NCBI GenBank assembly: GCA_964016885.1
Contig: OZ024742.1
Location: 83,824,001 to 83,888,000, forward strand
DNA: 64,000 nt
Direction of reading: 5' to 3'
DNA from: Eledone cirrhosa
Taxonomy: Eukaryota
The notes under the pieces: generated by a model
What the model saw: the letters and a program-made list of their open reading frames with translations, nothing else
The model's database searches: none
Told to the model about the DNA's origin: nothing
Program-made: the position numbers and the translations under genes
Shown: positions 50,897-64,000 of the stretch, in pieces
Layout: the number at the start of each line of letters is the position of its first letter
Numbering within the stretch: position 1 is the stretch's first letter

Positions 50897-51453
50897 GATG
50901 TTTATATGATCTATGTCTTCTTTTTTTGGTAAGGAGAACATTTTTGTCGCCAAATTTTATTATCTAGGGAGTTTAAATACCACACTTCTGGCTGAAAGCT
51001 GACCAGGTTCTCAACTTTATCAAACACTAACGCCGGCTTGCCTGTGTGTGTATATATGTGTGTGTGTATATATGTATGTATGTATGTATGTGTGTGTATG
51101 TATGTATGTATGTGTGTGTATGTTCACCACCATTGCTTCTTGTCATTTCTGTTGAAGGAGGCCTTACGTTCATTCTCTTTGATTTCTTTTGATTTTCTTT
51201 TATCTCCCTAGGGAATTCGTTGACAAGCTTCTTTTATTTATTTTCTTCGTTTTCTTCATTCAAATCACTTACTGTCTAAGAGATAACAAATATGACTTAT
51301 AAAACTTACCTAACTAAAGGGGCTTCTAGCGCCCTCAAAGTTTCAAACGCCTCCTTACTGCATAACGCCCCCCTTACTGCATAACGCCTCCCTGGAGCTA
51401 CGAATCGCCCCCGGGGGGCATGTGCCCCCCCGTTGAGAACTTTTATTCTAGAT

Positions 51454-51705
51454 TAAGAAGAACCCACAAACGCTTCATTATGCCCCCCCCTCCCTCGCCC
51501 AAAGTAAAAACATTGTATATACTGAAGTTCTGTAGTTTTATAATTTTCATAGAATACATTTTTCTATTATTTTCTGTATTATTTTCTGTATTTAGATATT
51601 CTAAATAAATTAACATTATGTTGTGTAATATTTACATTAAATACATTTTACCATCTTTTATTCTAAGAAAAATGAACCTTACGATAGGTGTCAATAGATG
51701 CCTTA

Positions 51706-51711
<6 letters not shown>
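51454..51711 (+). mobile_element. Continuation of the split Helitron (helicase C-terminus and 3' region)
   Basis: aaaaacattgtatatactgaagttctgtag translates as KNIVYTEVL*. Confidence 0.8.
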
Positions 51712-51774
<63 letters not shown>

Positions 51775-51938
51775 GGCGGTGTGCCTTAAATTGGACCTAC
51801 GATATGAATGAGTTAGCAAAGCACTCGACAAGTAATAACATACTTAGAGTAATAACATACGTTTAAATAGCTTGACGAATTGAACATTGTGGTAGGCAAA
51901 ATCTAACACAATACCAAAGTAACGAAAGAACTAACAGG

Positions 51939-52016
<78 letters not shown>

Positions 52017-52018
<2 letters not shown>

Positions 52019-52198
52019 TAGCGACCTCGCGACATTCGCCTCAGTCTGTACTTCACTCAAATCTATTCATATGGCATCTATTGACACCTATCGTAAGGTT
52101 CATTTTTCTTAGAATAAAAGATGGTAAAATGTATTTAATGTAAATATTACACAACATAATGTTAACAATTTATTTAGAATATCTAAATACAGAAAATA
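52017..52198 (-). mobile_element. Inverted copy of the Helitron 3' region, including the CTAG terminus
   Basis: 52065-52198 is the reverse complement of 51580-51711; the minus strand ends gcgaatgtcgcgaggtcgctag|t. Confidence 0.8.
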
Positions 52199-52345
52199 TG
52201 AAGTGTCAAAAAGAATAGCAGCTTTTTGTAAACTTTATTCCGTATCGATTAACTCGGGTTTGATCAAGCGATCGGATCCCGACACTTAATCGACACTTCT
52301 TTATATATTTGTGGTCCCATATATATATATATATATATGGGACCA

Positions 52346-52401
<56 letters not shown>

Positions 52402-52404
<3 letters not shown>

Positions 52405-53015
52405 TAGCAGTGGTACCCGGCGTTGCACGAGAGAAGGTATTTTGGAAGGCGGGCCGCCAACAGACCTAATCGTGGAAAAACTGCATGCCTGGACAATATG
52501 TAAAGAAAATAAACCGAATACTCTGATGGCTGGATAATCTTTAAGATTTTCCTCCATGAAGCAGGAAAAATGCAGTTTTTCACCTAATGCGGGCCCTAGG
52601 AGATCAAAAAGTTGAATTTTTATGTGCATAACACTCCCTGAAACATAGGTAATACACATGTAAAGTTTGAAAAAAATCGGTTGGGTACTTCTCGAGATTT
52701 AGGGATTCAAACTCACAGACACACACACACACATACAGACAGACATCCTCAGGGAAGTGACGTAATGCAGACAGATATTATAAGAGCGCGACGTTATATG
52801 TATGTATCTATCTAAAAAGAGAAAGACTAAGAATTATAGAGAGAGATCGCTAAATCGCCTAATGTGATCCCTAGGACATGGAAAATTTGAAAATTTTTTT
52901 CTCAGAATACTCCCTGAATCATAAGTATTACATGTGTAAAGTTTGAAAACAGTCGATTGGGTGTTATCGAGTTTTAGGGATTCAAACTCACACACACACA
53001 GACAGACATCCTCAG

Positions 53016-53020
<5 letters not shown>
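52402..53020 (-). mobile_element. Non-autonomous Helitron with duplicated 5' segment
   Basis: Terminus actagcagtggtacccggcgttgcacgag; 52581-52752 is similar to 52856-53015. Confidence 0.75.
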
Positions 53021-53057
<37 letters not shown>

Positions 53058-53793
53058 TTAGGACTTCAGCAAGGCCCTATATAAATTCATTCACATTGTT
53101 ACGGCCCTTTATGATCTGAGTTCAAATCCCGCCGAGGTTAACTTTGCCTTTCATCCTTACGGGGTCGGTAAAATAAAGTACCAGTAATACACTGGGGTAA
53201 TTGCTGGCCTTGTGCCAAAATTAGAAACAATTATTTTATCCCAATAATATCCGGCTAAGTGCGGTGGATTGGCAGTATTGGTAGAGCGTCGGAGAACAGT
53301 ATTTGTGACATTTAGTTAGGGCCCTTTACTTTCTAAGTTCAAATCCCGCCGAGGTTAGCTTTGTGTTCGATAAAATAAGTACCAGTAATGCACTGGGGTC
53401 GATTTAATCGATTTTTCACACCTCCAAAATTGTTGGCATTATAGTATTCTATTACTGGCTTAGTATATTACATCATCATTTCTTATAAAAGGTAGGCTGA
53501 TATGCATTTATTTTAGTATAATTACCATATCTCTGAATGAGTACTTAATTCTATTAAATTAAAACTACGATAAGGTAAAGCTCAATCTGCTTATCTTTCG
53601 TAAATATAAACAATCCTGGATCGGAACGTTGTTAGGCTTAAGCTGAAACTCCCTAATATTTTATCATCGTAATATTGGGACTGTGAATCACACCTTAAAA
53701 AGTAATACCCATGTAATATTCGATTTCATAAATTTACCCTTAAAAATTGGTCTAACAAATTCGTCGTTTACAGGAGTTTATATATATATATGT

Positions 53794-55961
53794 ACTAGCA
53801 GAAGTACCCGGCGTTGCCCGGGTGTAAGTCGACCTTTGGTCTGTTAGAATGTGTGAAAGTTACTTCCCGCGCATCACAGGTTCAAAACTTCGAAGTTCAA
53901 TGGAAAAAAATAGGTTAGTAGACACAGGTGTGTAATTTATTAATTGTAGTTACACAGTGTATCGTTAAAATTGTTCTCTGCACGACTGACGGAAGTCAAA
54001 ATCGTTTGATATTGAATGTTCAGTTAATTTAAAGCAGGGTGAAAATGTCGATTACTTTCAGGTTTTTTTTTTTACAATTTTTGCGCTCACATGTGCAGAA
54101 GAAGAATTAAAAGGGCCTTTATCTTAACCGCGGCATAATGGCGAGTCTTTCGTGACAGTTTTCAAGAATATAGGACGTTCCTGTAAAAAGTTTTCCCATG
54201 TGTAACTTTGCCTTGTTTCCTAGAGAAAATTAATTAATTCTACTGGTTAGCTCAGCCAATGGCAGTGTCAATAGTAAATGAGAAAAGTCTAACATGAACA
54301 AAAGGGAATCAAGGTAAGACAATAAATTTAATATAACTACGATTAGAATGTGGTAGTTGCTTAAAAGTGGTGACAGTTAGGATAAACGCAGTACTTGCTA
54401 ACATTAAGGGAGAATATTGCATAAAGGATTAATCAATTGTGAATGAACTCATACCTGAGAACGCCTAATTCGTTGTCTCAAAGCAATAGCTGTACCTTTT
54501 TTGGAGGTAAGTCTTGAACGTTTCCGTGTGGGCATAACGAAGCTGTTAGGTTAGAGAGAGGTGATTAAATACAGAGAGAGATGACACCAGATTCGTTAGC
54601 ATGGTTACTGGTGAATGGGAAGGTTTGGAAATATGATTACAATAACTTACCGAATTTTCCCGTCTATAAATTGCACTTAAAATAATTAAATTTAATCAAA
54701 AAACAGCTCTGCGCTTTATACTCCGGTGAGCCTTATGTATAAATAATACAATGGTAATCAATCACGGCTCTAATAGAAGTAATAGATCTAGACTAAAAGT
54801 AAAGAAGATAGCATTTTCTGGTTGGCCTTACACGCCGTTGCGCGGACCTGATTTTAAACGATACGCCTTATATCCTGGTGAGCCTTATAGAGCGGAAAAT
54901 ATCTATTGGAAAAGAATACGAATTCATGACCAAGGTGTGACAAAATAGGCGTCTATACAGCGCCTGAAACAAACTTGTCCAACACCCTAGGATTTTTCTC
55001 GTTAAGTATCCACCCAAAAGGAACCGTTTTTTAGTTACAAAAAATAACCAAAGTGTATAGTAGCTATATTTCTGACATATCATGCCAAAAAGAACAATAT
55101 ATTCAAAAAATGTTCTAAAGTACATTCAATCTCTCTTTTTGACCGATATCTTAATAAGCAAGTTATCGATTTTTTATTGGCTGTCAGTGTCTATCTGCAT
55201 GCAGGTGTGCACGTGTGCGCAATTAATTGCAAATACGCTCATAACATTTAGTCGTAAGCAGAACAAAAAATGCCATTAGAGGTGGGCTAATAATGAAGAC
55301 ACAAACCCTGGTGAACTTACATTTAAACACCCGAAAAGTTACTCACTTCCTGTGCAAAAGACTGTATTATAAATTAAGTAATTTTTTAGAATCTTTTGTT
55401 TAAAAAAGGAAAACATTGGTACGACGTAAATTTTTTTACTTGTATTGTATGTGTACAACACAACTTGGCCAACGTATTATTTAGTAATTTTTTTTTCAAA
55501 AAGCATGATTATTTAAGACTGTTTGAAAATTTACTCACAGCTTTTAGGTTCAAAAAAGACACCATTAAATTTGGTTCCCTTTTCAGATAGGGATAATACT
55601 GTATTTCCACTTGAATAAGGTGGAATATGAAAAGAAACTCTTTAATGGTCGGTCGTTTACTGAGACAGCTGGGAAGACATGCAGCTGGCCGTCCAATCAA
55701 TAACGCACGTCCTTATATGGGCATATGAAATTTATTTTTATTGCGCCAGATGTAAACTAAGAGTTCTTGTGTTCGAATTCACATAAAATTTCATTGGAAT
55801 CGAAAAACATTCTGTCATAGGGCCCGATTATCGATTTTTCGAAAATTTCAAGTAGCCTATTCCACTCTACGCGTTGAGTTTTATATATGTGTGAGGTTTC
55901 ATGAAAATTCGATGAACGGTGTAGCAGGCAAGTTCGGTACACTAAACAATGTCCATCTTCC

Positions 55962-55970
<9 letters not shown>
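53794..55970 (-). mobile_element. Non-autonomous Helitron, about 2.2 kb
   Basis: actagcagaagtacccggcgttgcccggg gives the hairpin plus CTAG on the minus strand; the other end merges into (TA)n after ccctttatata. Confidence 0.65.
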
Positions 55971-56034
<64 letters not shown>

Positions 56035-56039
56035 CTCCC

Positions 56040-57220
56040 ACGATTTCTCGATAACCTGCCACAGTGTGAATATTTGGACGGCTGTGCTGTGTCCGAAAAC
56101 CACACTGTTCGTCAGCTAGCTTGGACTTGACAATTTCCCTGCATCTCTTTGCCAGACCCTTAGTAAATAAACTTTACTGGGGAGGATTAACAAGGAGATC
56201 TCACTGCAATTGGAACGATCTCTCTTGTCTCCCTTTTTGAAAATTGGAATTATCACTCCCGATTACCATTGCTTATGTGCCTTTCCAGTGATCTAGGTCA
56301 CTTGGGACACATGAGTCAGCCAGAGAATACCCTCTCTAAGGCTTTTAACATCTTGGGCCAGATTTCATCTTCCCTGGTGGCCTTGCCACATTTGAACTCT
56401 TTAACTGCTCTTGTGACCTCAGCCTCTGACCGCTCCCAGATGCACCTCTTGTACATCAAAAGATGCTGTTGTTATCAGGTTTAGGAGATCAGCAAGTATT
56501 CTCTCCACCTCGCAAGGATGCACCTCTCTGAAGTGGAACCCCAGAGCCGTTCCTGATAGCAGGTGTGGAGGAGGACTTCTTCTTATGAAGTTGGTATATT
56601 CCTGTTTTGCAGTTTTGTAGATATTGAAAAGGCACATGATCACATCCCTCGGGATCTGCTGCGGAAAGTTGTGCTGGAGTATGGGATCAACTTCTTGTTA
56701 CCCTGATGTCTCTATACGAATGCCTGAGTATTTGTGTTCGGATAAATGGTGCTAAATAGAAACCATTCAATGTAAGAGCCGGACTCTCACCTCTCCTGTT
56801 CATTATTTTCACGAACAGGATTGACATGTGCAGCCGGGTTGGAAATGGTATCACGACTGGTATATATAAAATCAGTCGGCTTGAATTTGCAGACGACATG
56901 GTGGTACTTAACTCGCCAGAAGGTGATCTCCGATTTGCACTTGATAGATTTATACCCAGTGCTGCATGGCTGGAATGAAAATCAGTGCTGCGAAAACTGA
57001 GACACTCGTCCTCTCATTGCACTCTACCTGTCAATGGAGTTCCATTGAAGCAGGTGGAGAATTTCAAGTATCTCCAGGCCATGTTCATGAGTGATGGAAG
57101 GCTGATTAAGTGTAAGAATTGCAGGAGATGGTGCAGTCATGCACCAGCTTCAGCATTCGGTAATCAGAAGAGAGGTGTAAAACCCAAACTCGCTATCTTC
57201 AATTCAGTATTTGTGCCAAG
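56040..57220. mobile_element. Two oppositely oriented RTE (Expander-like) RT fragments (56040-56430 minus, 56590-57220 plus)
   Basis: The minus piece is homologous to 3250-3640. The plus piece gives FVDIEKAHDHIPR..LSPLLFIIF..LEFADDMV..LKQVENFKYL. Confidence 0.8.
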
Positions 57221-57886
57221 AAGAAGAAGAAATATTTACTGAGACATATACATGGGAATCTGCAATGAACAATTATTTCGAAAAGACCCCGACCATATTT
57301 CTAAAGAAATTATACTCTCCAAGTGCTATGGAAGATGGCAATTTGACAGAGTCGTTAAAGCATTAGATTAAAATACTTTGATATCTGTTCCTGTCGATGT
57401 CAACTTTACGGTTACTCTTTTCAAAGTCGATAAATAAAATACCAGTGCAAGTACGAGAGTCATTTTTCTCTGAAAGAAATCTACTGTGTTCCGACTTGGA
57501 GAGAGACAGACTCCATCTTTTCTTTCTTATCGTTTATTTGATTAGCCGCATATAAATATAAAATGTAAAAAAGGTGCATAAAAGAAAAAAAAAACGTATG
57601 ATACACTGTTTACGAAGAAGAGAATAAAAAGTTCTTAGGAATGGAATGATGTGTTCATTATTAACTCGCCATGGTTAACTTTGCCTTTCATCCTTACGGG
57701 GTTGATAAAATAAAGTACCTGTCACACACTGGGTCGATTTAATTGACTTTCCCCTCCCCCAAAATTGATGGCCTTGTGTCTATATAAGAACCATTATTAA
57801 GAATGTGTTAACCAGGCTAGTGAGGCCACCAAGAAGGATTATAGTAAAACATCTATCATACTTTTCATGGCGGCCTGTAAAAGGAG

Positions 57887-58240
57887 CATCATCATCATCA
57901 TCATCATCAACGTTTAACGTCCGTGTTCCACGCTTGCATGGGTTTGGACGGGGGTAGTCCCACTTGAGGCAAGAGTGATTGTCTTGCTCGCATAGGACTG
58001 TCTGGCAGGTTTTCTACAGTTGGATGCCCTTCCTAACACCAACCACATTTACAGTGTGGGTCTGGGAGGTTTTTACCGTGTTGCCTACACGGCCACATTA
58101 CAGCGTGGACTGTGTGTTTTTTTGTCGTGACACCTACACGATCTCATTTGTTTCGGCCTGGATGGCGCGGCACCAACATAACTTTACATAGAACGGGGTG
58201 GTGTGGATGGGGTGAGGGTGGTGGTGGTGGGACGGGGTGT
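57887..58240 (-). mobile_element. Near-identical copy of the RTE-associated 3' module at 7121-7468
   Basis: Almost letter-for-letter identity, including the (CAT)n tail. Confidence 0.92.
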
Positions 58241-58789
58241 GCACTTCATGCAAAGCCATTTTTCATTTCATTTACAAATTTTTAAATATTTTTTTGATGT
58301 TACCAAAAATTGTAGGTTTTTTGCCACAAACAGATTTGTTGATTACTCAACGCCGGGTTTAAAATGCGCCAGACACAGGACGGAGCCTCCTCGACTTCTG
58401 CAGGAGTTAAAAGCGCTTTACCTTACTACATGTTCTGGATAATTCCAAAACTCTTTAATTGTGACTAATAATTGTTTTATAAATTATTTGAAAGTTCTAT
58501 TAGCTGTATAATTATATAAAGGAAATAAAGATAAGATTAAAAGAATTCTTGCCAACCTGCCAAAAAGCCTTTCTGAGATTCTTAGGATGGGTGTGATGAT
58601 GTAAATTTAATAAACAGAATAGATCATAAGAAAATGTTAGGCAAAGGAATTTAAAGAATTAGATTCTGAAAGGTGATATTTCTACTTAAAAAAAAGTATG
58701 AAATAATACTTTTGAAGGAGTCTAAATGTTTTCATTAATGACATTAACATTAACTGTTTACACAATGTAACGTTTCCTTTTTTCTAATA

Positions 58790-59890
58790 TAGTATGATAA
58801 CCGTTCAAAATAATAATACAAAAAAATATTGTGTACAGTGCTCAGGTGCACTACAACTCACAAAATGTGCATGTATATTACATAGAATAATGTACAAATG
58901 TCAGGAAAGTGAACAGTGTATGAGTCATGATATACACACAAACACACATACGTGCGTGTGTATGGAGGGAGAATATCAGGTGTAGTGTTGGCGAATTTCG
59001 AGAAGAGAAGCATGGAAGTTTTGAAGGATGCAGTGTCCCGACAGCTAACAACTTATGCAGGTAGTTTGTTCTATGCTTCAACAACTCTGAGCATGAAAAA
59101 ATGTTTCCGAAAGTCATGAGAGCTGTACTGGTTTCTGATTTGTAAGCATGTCCATGGTTGTTAGACATATAAAATTCAAAAAGTTGCCCAGGGATGTTAT
59201 TGGAAAGATGGTTAATAATCTTGCGGGTGTCTACCAAATCAGTTGCCAGAGGTTGGAACTTTAATCTATCCATGTCCAAGGAAGCAAGGCTTTCAGAGTA
59301 TGGTAGATGCCTTATGGAGGTTATTCATTTGGTTGCACGTCTCTGAACAGTTTTCAGGAGATCAATATTCTGAGCAAGATAGGGGTTCCAGACTGGTGAT
59401 GCAAATTCCAAGAGTGGACGCACCATAGTCATAAAGAGCTTTAAATAGATAACTGGAGAGCGACTGAGAAAGGTCTTACTGAGTGATGCTAAGACACTCT
59501 CGGCCATGACAATTTTAGAGATGTGCTTTGTCCAACACAAATCACTGTTGACAATAATGTCCAGTTCACGTTCACAAGAGGATTTTTTGAAATTATTGTT
59601 CTTTAGAGAGTATGTGAATGCTGGGATTTTCCAAAATTCATGGTGATACCCTTATCCACAGGCAGCTTGAGTTGCCAGTCTGTAATCAACTGCTGCATTG
59701 AGTCCATGTCTGATTGCAAGAAAGATCTATAGTGTACATGATCTGTCCTTTTTATCTCAAGGTACAGCTTGTTGTTATCTGCGTAGTTCAGCATTGTGGC
59801 ATTCTTTAAGTTGGCATCTATATCATTAATATATGCAACAAACAAATGGGGCCAAGAATAGATCCCTGTGGTACACCAGATGTGAGCTCT
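58790..59890 (-). mobile_element. CR1-clade LINE 3' fragment
   Basis: SGVPQGSILAP..FVAYINDI..YADNNKLY..VRPLLEFASPVWNPY. Confidence 0.9.
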
Positions 59891-59998
59891 GGCTTATATA
59901 TACCAAAGGCTGCCTTAAATGTAGGTCAACAATTACGTACCTCCATCTTATCAAGCTGTCTTCCCATATTTATAAGGACATTTTTTATTATATAGATT

Positions 59999-61220
59999 AC
60001 TAGCTGAATTACTCGGCGTTGCCAGGGTTACTGCTGTTCTTATTCAGATTAGTAAACAATAAATATGAAGATATGTTTTTTTTCTCATAATTATTTCAAA
60101 ATATCTATATTTTATAAAAAAAAAATCAAAATTGTAATGATAATAGAATTTAGAAATGAAAATCTGTCAATCTTGAAGCACCTTAGGGTAAACAATATTA
60201 ATTGTGTAATTTTTTGTTGGTGTCCAAATGAATAAATTGTTACTACACCTCACACATACACTTTCACATACATATACTAAGACAGACATACATACATTCA
60301 TACACAGATACACAGACATACATTCACGCAGACACATGCATAGCTTTTCACCTATATTTTTGTCAGTCACTACATATGTAGATGTGTGTGTATTTAATAA
60401 TGTATCTAATGAACACGCGTGCACACACTCACAGACACATAGATATTCATATACAAAATGCGACGTCCTTGTGTTGTTTTCTATTGTTTTAATCCAAATG
60501 AAAATAAAAATTATCACACATACACTCACACACATACACTCTCACATACACTCAAGAACACATACTCACACACACATACACTCTCACATACACTCACACA
60601 CACATACTAAGACAGACACACACAGACATACATTCACACACACCTGTCTGTCATTACATATGCATCTGTATGTGTAGATGTGTGTGTGTGTGTGTGTTTG
60701 TTTAATTCTCTGAGGCCAAATGTACGTACCAAACTCGCAAACACACACATACTCACAGACACACTCATATATAAAATGTGACGTGATGGGGGTGGTGGTG
60801 GTTGACTAAAGGAAATATCGTTATGTCAGTCAACACACATACACTCTCACACACATACACTCTCACACACATACACTCTAACATACATTCACATACATAT
60901 ACTAAGACAGACACACATACAAAATGTGACGTCTACACTCTCACATACACTCACACACATTATGTTTATGTATGTGTAGGTGTGTGTTTACATCTCTGAG
61001 TACATAACGAACGCACAAACACACATACTCATATACAAAATGTGATGTCGTCATCGTCGTGGTGGTGGTTTACTATAGTTGACTATAAAAATATTATTTT
61101 AGATAAAATCTTATATTGTTTAATCCAAATGAAAATAAAAATTACATGTTGACACTTTGATTTGGTCCAGTCGTTAGAGTATGCATAGGAACAGACAGAC
61201 AAGAATTTTATATATAGAGA
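59999..61220 (-). mobile_element. Non-autonomous Helitron with CA-rich internal repeats
   Basis: Terminus actagctgaattactcggcgttgccaggg; helicase tail NIVYPKVLQD* at 60167-60200; 5' end tctctatatataaaa. Confidence 0.8.
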
Positions 61221-62329
61221 GATGGCTGTTAGCAATGCTCATGCATAATTCTATAGTCAGTAACAGCTTGCACAACGCTGCAAAAGGTTTCACATATAAG
61301 ACCAAGTGATTTAGAAACAAGTATGTGTAAGATCTCTGGCCTGGTAAAGAGATTGGTATTATTTTGTAGGAGACTTCTCCGAGAGATTTTCTTTCACAGA
61401 AGCTTTGGGAATGTCTCTCCCATGGAGATATTATTCCCAGTATTTTCTGGCCTCATGCTGATGTGATTTGATTTTTAAATATTTCTTCTAGGTTTACTAT
61501 TGTTAAAGAGCTCCATTTACCCTTAGCACAATATACATAGTACCCCGGTTTCGAAAATCAGGGTGATCCATCTCCTAAATAGATTGCCATCGAATTCTGT
61601 CTATTCGGAGCATTTGGTTTTAAGGTGACAACAACTCACTTCTGTCCCTTCTTGTCATTTTTAAATATCACTTCATAGGAAGGCCGAGAGCTGGACTTCT
61701 GTTGTCAGAGGCTATATGAGATGTAATTCGTTTGGGGCATTTTAGTAGCGAGTAGATTCTCAGGCATACTCTTACCCAGGCAAAAGCAACCTTGGGAGAT
61801 ACATACATACATACATATTTCTAGAAGTTTTGAACTGAATAGCTGCATATACACACTGAGATATAGCCCCCCCCCCCCCCCCATATATATATATATGCAT
61901 GTATATGATGGAAAACATGCAGATCGACACAAGTTATGACATCCATATATGTACACATACACAAATGCAGAAGAATATGCATACATACCGAGTTGATGTC
62001 TAAATTCCAATGAAAGAGCGTTGTTTCTGAGTTAGAAATCGACTTTCCCTATTGGTGAGAAATGACAAAAAATAAAACCACCAGAACACACACACATATA
62101 CACACACGCGCGTGCGCACGCATACATATAAATGTTCCTCCCGACATGCCCAGTTGTTCTTAATGATGGCGTATTTAGCTTAGCATAAAAATATTGGATT
62201 TTTCTTGAATAATTACCGTGCACGTAAGAAATTAATTTTTTTAAAAACGTTTATAGTATGCCGGTGTCTAATGTCTAATAACTAATTCCTGAGTATTAAA
62301 TATGAAAGGAATTAAGTGAAGACGAAACA

Positions 62330-62870
62330 GTTTAATTAATTTGAAGTTCTTGTTGAACATAGTATTGCATTTTTTCTTGAATTATTTTTATTCTTTATAG
62401 AATATACTAGAGAACGATGTTTGTATATTGTTGAGCTTTTCTCCTCCTTCAGTTCTCGTAGGTGTTTCTTTAAACTCTCTTCTATACCACTGGCTGCTTC
62501 TCCTATGTAGGTCTTACCTGACTGACTAGGCAGTTTCTATCAGTGCAAGGATTTTTCCTAAAGGGGTATGTCCTACTGATCTGGCATTTTATAGTAGCTC
62601 CTGGTTTTTGTACTACTTTAATCATACGGTTAATTTTTTCTAAAGCTCTTCTAAAACGATACATTAGTTCGCCTCTATGTTTAGCAGCGGCGAACATGAC
62701 ACTGATATGTTTGGCTGTCATAACATGAGTTGGCCTCCCTATCCTTTTCTTAGTCCTTTCAATACTATTGCATGATTTGCTCCTGTATAGAGGACAAATC
62801 TCATTCATATCATTCTATATAATGGTTTTGAATTTATCCATGGCTCCTTTGTAAACTCTGATCCTGTCAC
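62330..62870 (-). mobile_element. Penelope-like element fragment (linker plus GIY-YIG)
   Basis: IKVVQKPGATIK..YPFRKNPCTDRNCLV..TYIGEAASGIEESLKKHLREL..STIYKH. Confidence 0.75.
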
Positions 62871-62934
62871 TTTATATATATATAGCAATAATAATAAATT
62901 TGAAGACTAAAATCCAAAGAGGGCTCGATAAGGA

Positions 62935-62998
62935 TATATATATATCAAATATATATATATACACACATATATATATACACACATATATATATATATAT

Positions 62999-63037
<39 letters not shown>

Positions 63038-63083
63038 TATATGTACATATATATACATCTACATATATATATATGTACATATA

Positions 63084-63125
<42 letters not shown>

Positions 63126-63273
63126 TATATATATATATATGTACATATATATATGTACATATATATATACATACATACATATATATACATACATACATAT
63201 ATATACATACATACATATATATATATATATACATACATATATATACATATATATATATACATATATATATATA
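62935..63273. repeat. (TA)/(CA) microsatellite
   Basis: Direct inspection. Confidence 0.97.
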
Positions 63274-63604
63274 TGGTGGCTGCCAACTCGTTTTCGAGTA
63301 CGGCCACCACTTTATATCCATGTAGGAGAACCCCTACCGATGCACTCTGGCACAAACACTACACTTGTGACAATTATTGACACAGTGCTGGGCCCATAGT
63401 ACCATGTGACAACAAGTGCAGAGCGATCTCCAGATATAAAGCAATGCCTGTGCCGTGAAGCTTTTATAGTGAGCAAAGGCACTGCACAAAGCCAGTCCCA
63501 CTCTCTTAACCAAGATGATATTTACCAAAAAGAAGAACAAGTCAACATCATTGGATACCATCAGAGTTGCAGGTGTTATATCAGAGTTTTCCATCTCCTA
63601 GAAT
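63274..63604 (-). mobile_element. Bipartite RTE-derived element, third copy (5'-truncated, with a small internal deletion)
   Basis: Matches 5030-5403 and abuts an RTE 3' end. Confidence 0.85.
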
Positions 63605-64000
63605 CGTTTAACGTCCATATTACAGCGTGAACTGTGTGTTTTTTTGTTAGAGATGCCTACTGACTGTAGTAGGTTTCACTTTGTACTTAGGTAAGGCGGG
63701 TCTTCTCTATTACTGTGTAGCGCCAAAGCTCTCGGTCCAGTGACATTGTCTTGGAGATGTGTAAGTCTGTGAGGTCGGAATTTATCAAGTCATCCCAGGT
63801 TTTTCTGGGTCTGCCTACTCCGTGGCTACCGTCTATTTTTATTGCCCTGCACTTTTTTATTCAGTTGTCGTCTTTCATGCGCATCACGTGAGCATACCAA
63901 CGTAGTCTTCTCTCGAGTAAACAACATCTGATCCCTCTTATTTCTAATTTCTCCCTTAATTCGTTTATGCTTTGCCGTTCACGTATATTACTATTACACA
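63605..64000 (-). mobile_element. RTE LINE 3' fragment, same family as 7470-7830
   Basis: Collinear with 7470-7827, with scattered substitutions. Confidence 0.9.

Overview
AT-rich, repeat-dense eukaryotic DNA, probably cephalopod (octopus-like). That call is inferred from the long (TA)n/(CA)n tracts, Nin-domain tRNA-SINEs and RTE/CR1/Penelope content, and was not checked by search. Only one host gene segment is supported: the terminal coding exon of OSER1 (16218-17025, +). The rest is mostly nested, decayed mobile DNA: RTE, CR1-like, CRE and Penelope-like retroelements, Helitrons, hAT and Tc1/mariner elements, MITEs, and a solo LTR. Most short ORFs in the track are microsatellite or transposon noise. 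The best leads are non-coding. (1) A small dispersed repeat family carries a near-intact minimal type-I hammerhead ribozyme (26712-26770, 48871-48928), and three decayed hammerheads occur in other repeats. (2) A ~565-bp non-autonomous bipartite RTE-derived element (3 copies) has a 5' end that can be drawn as an atypical HDV-like ribozyme. (3) An 8.5-kb hAT/Buster element with TIRs and a TSD splits a Helitron helicase and carries a second hAT transposase. (4) Several inverted duplications are anchored at (TA)n tracts. (5) A minisatellite appears to have been born from a dispersed-repeat segment inside a Helitron. Boundaries of decayed elements are approximate and all folds were made by eye.
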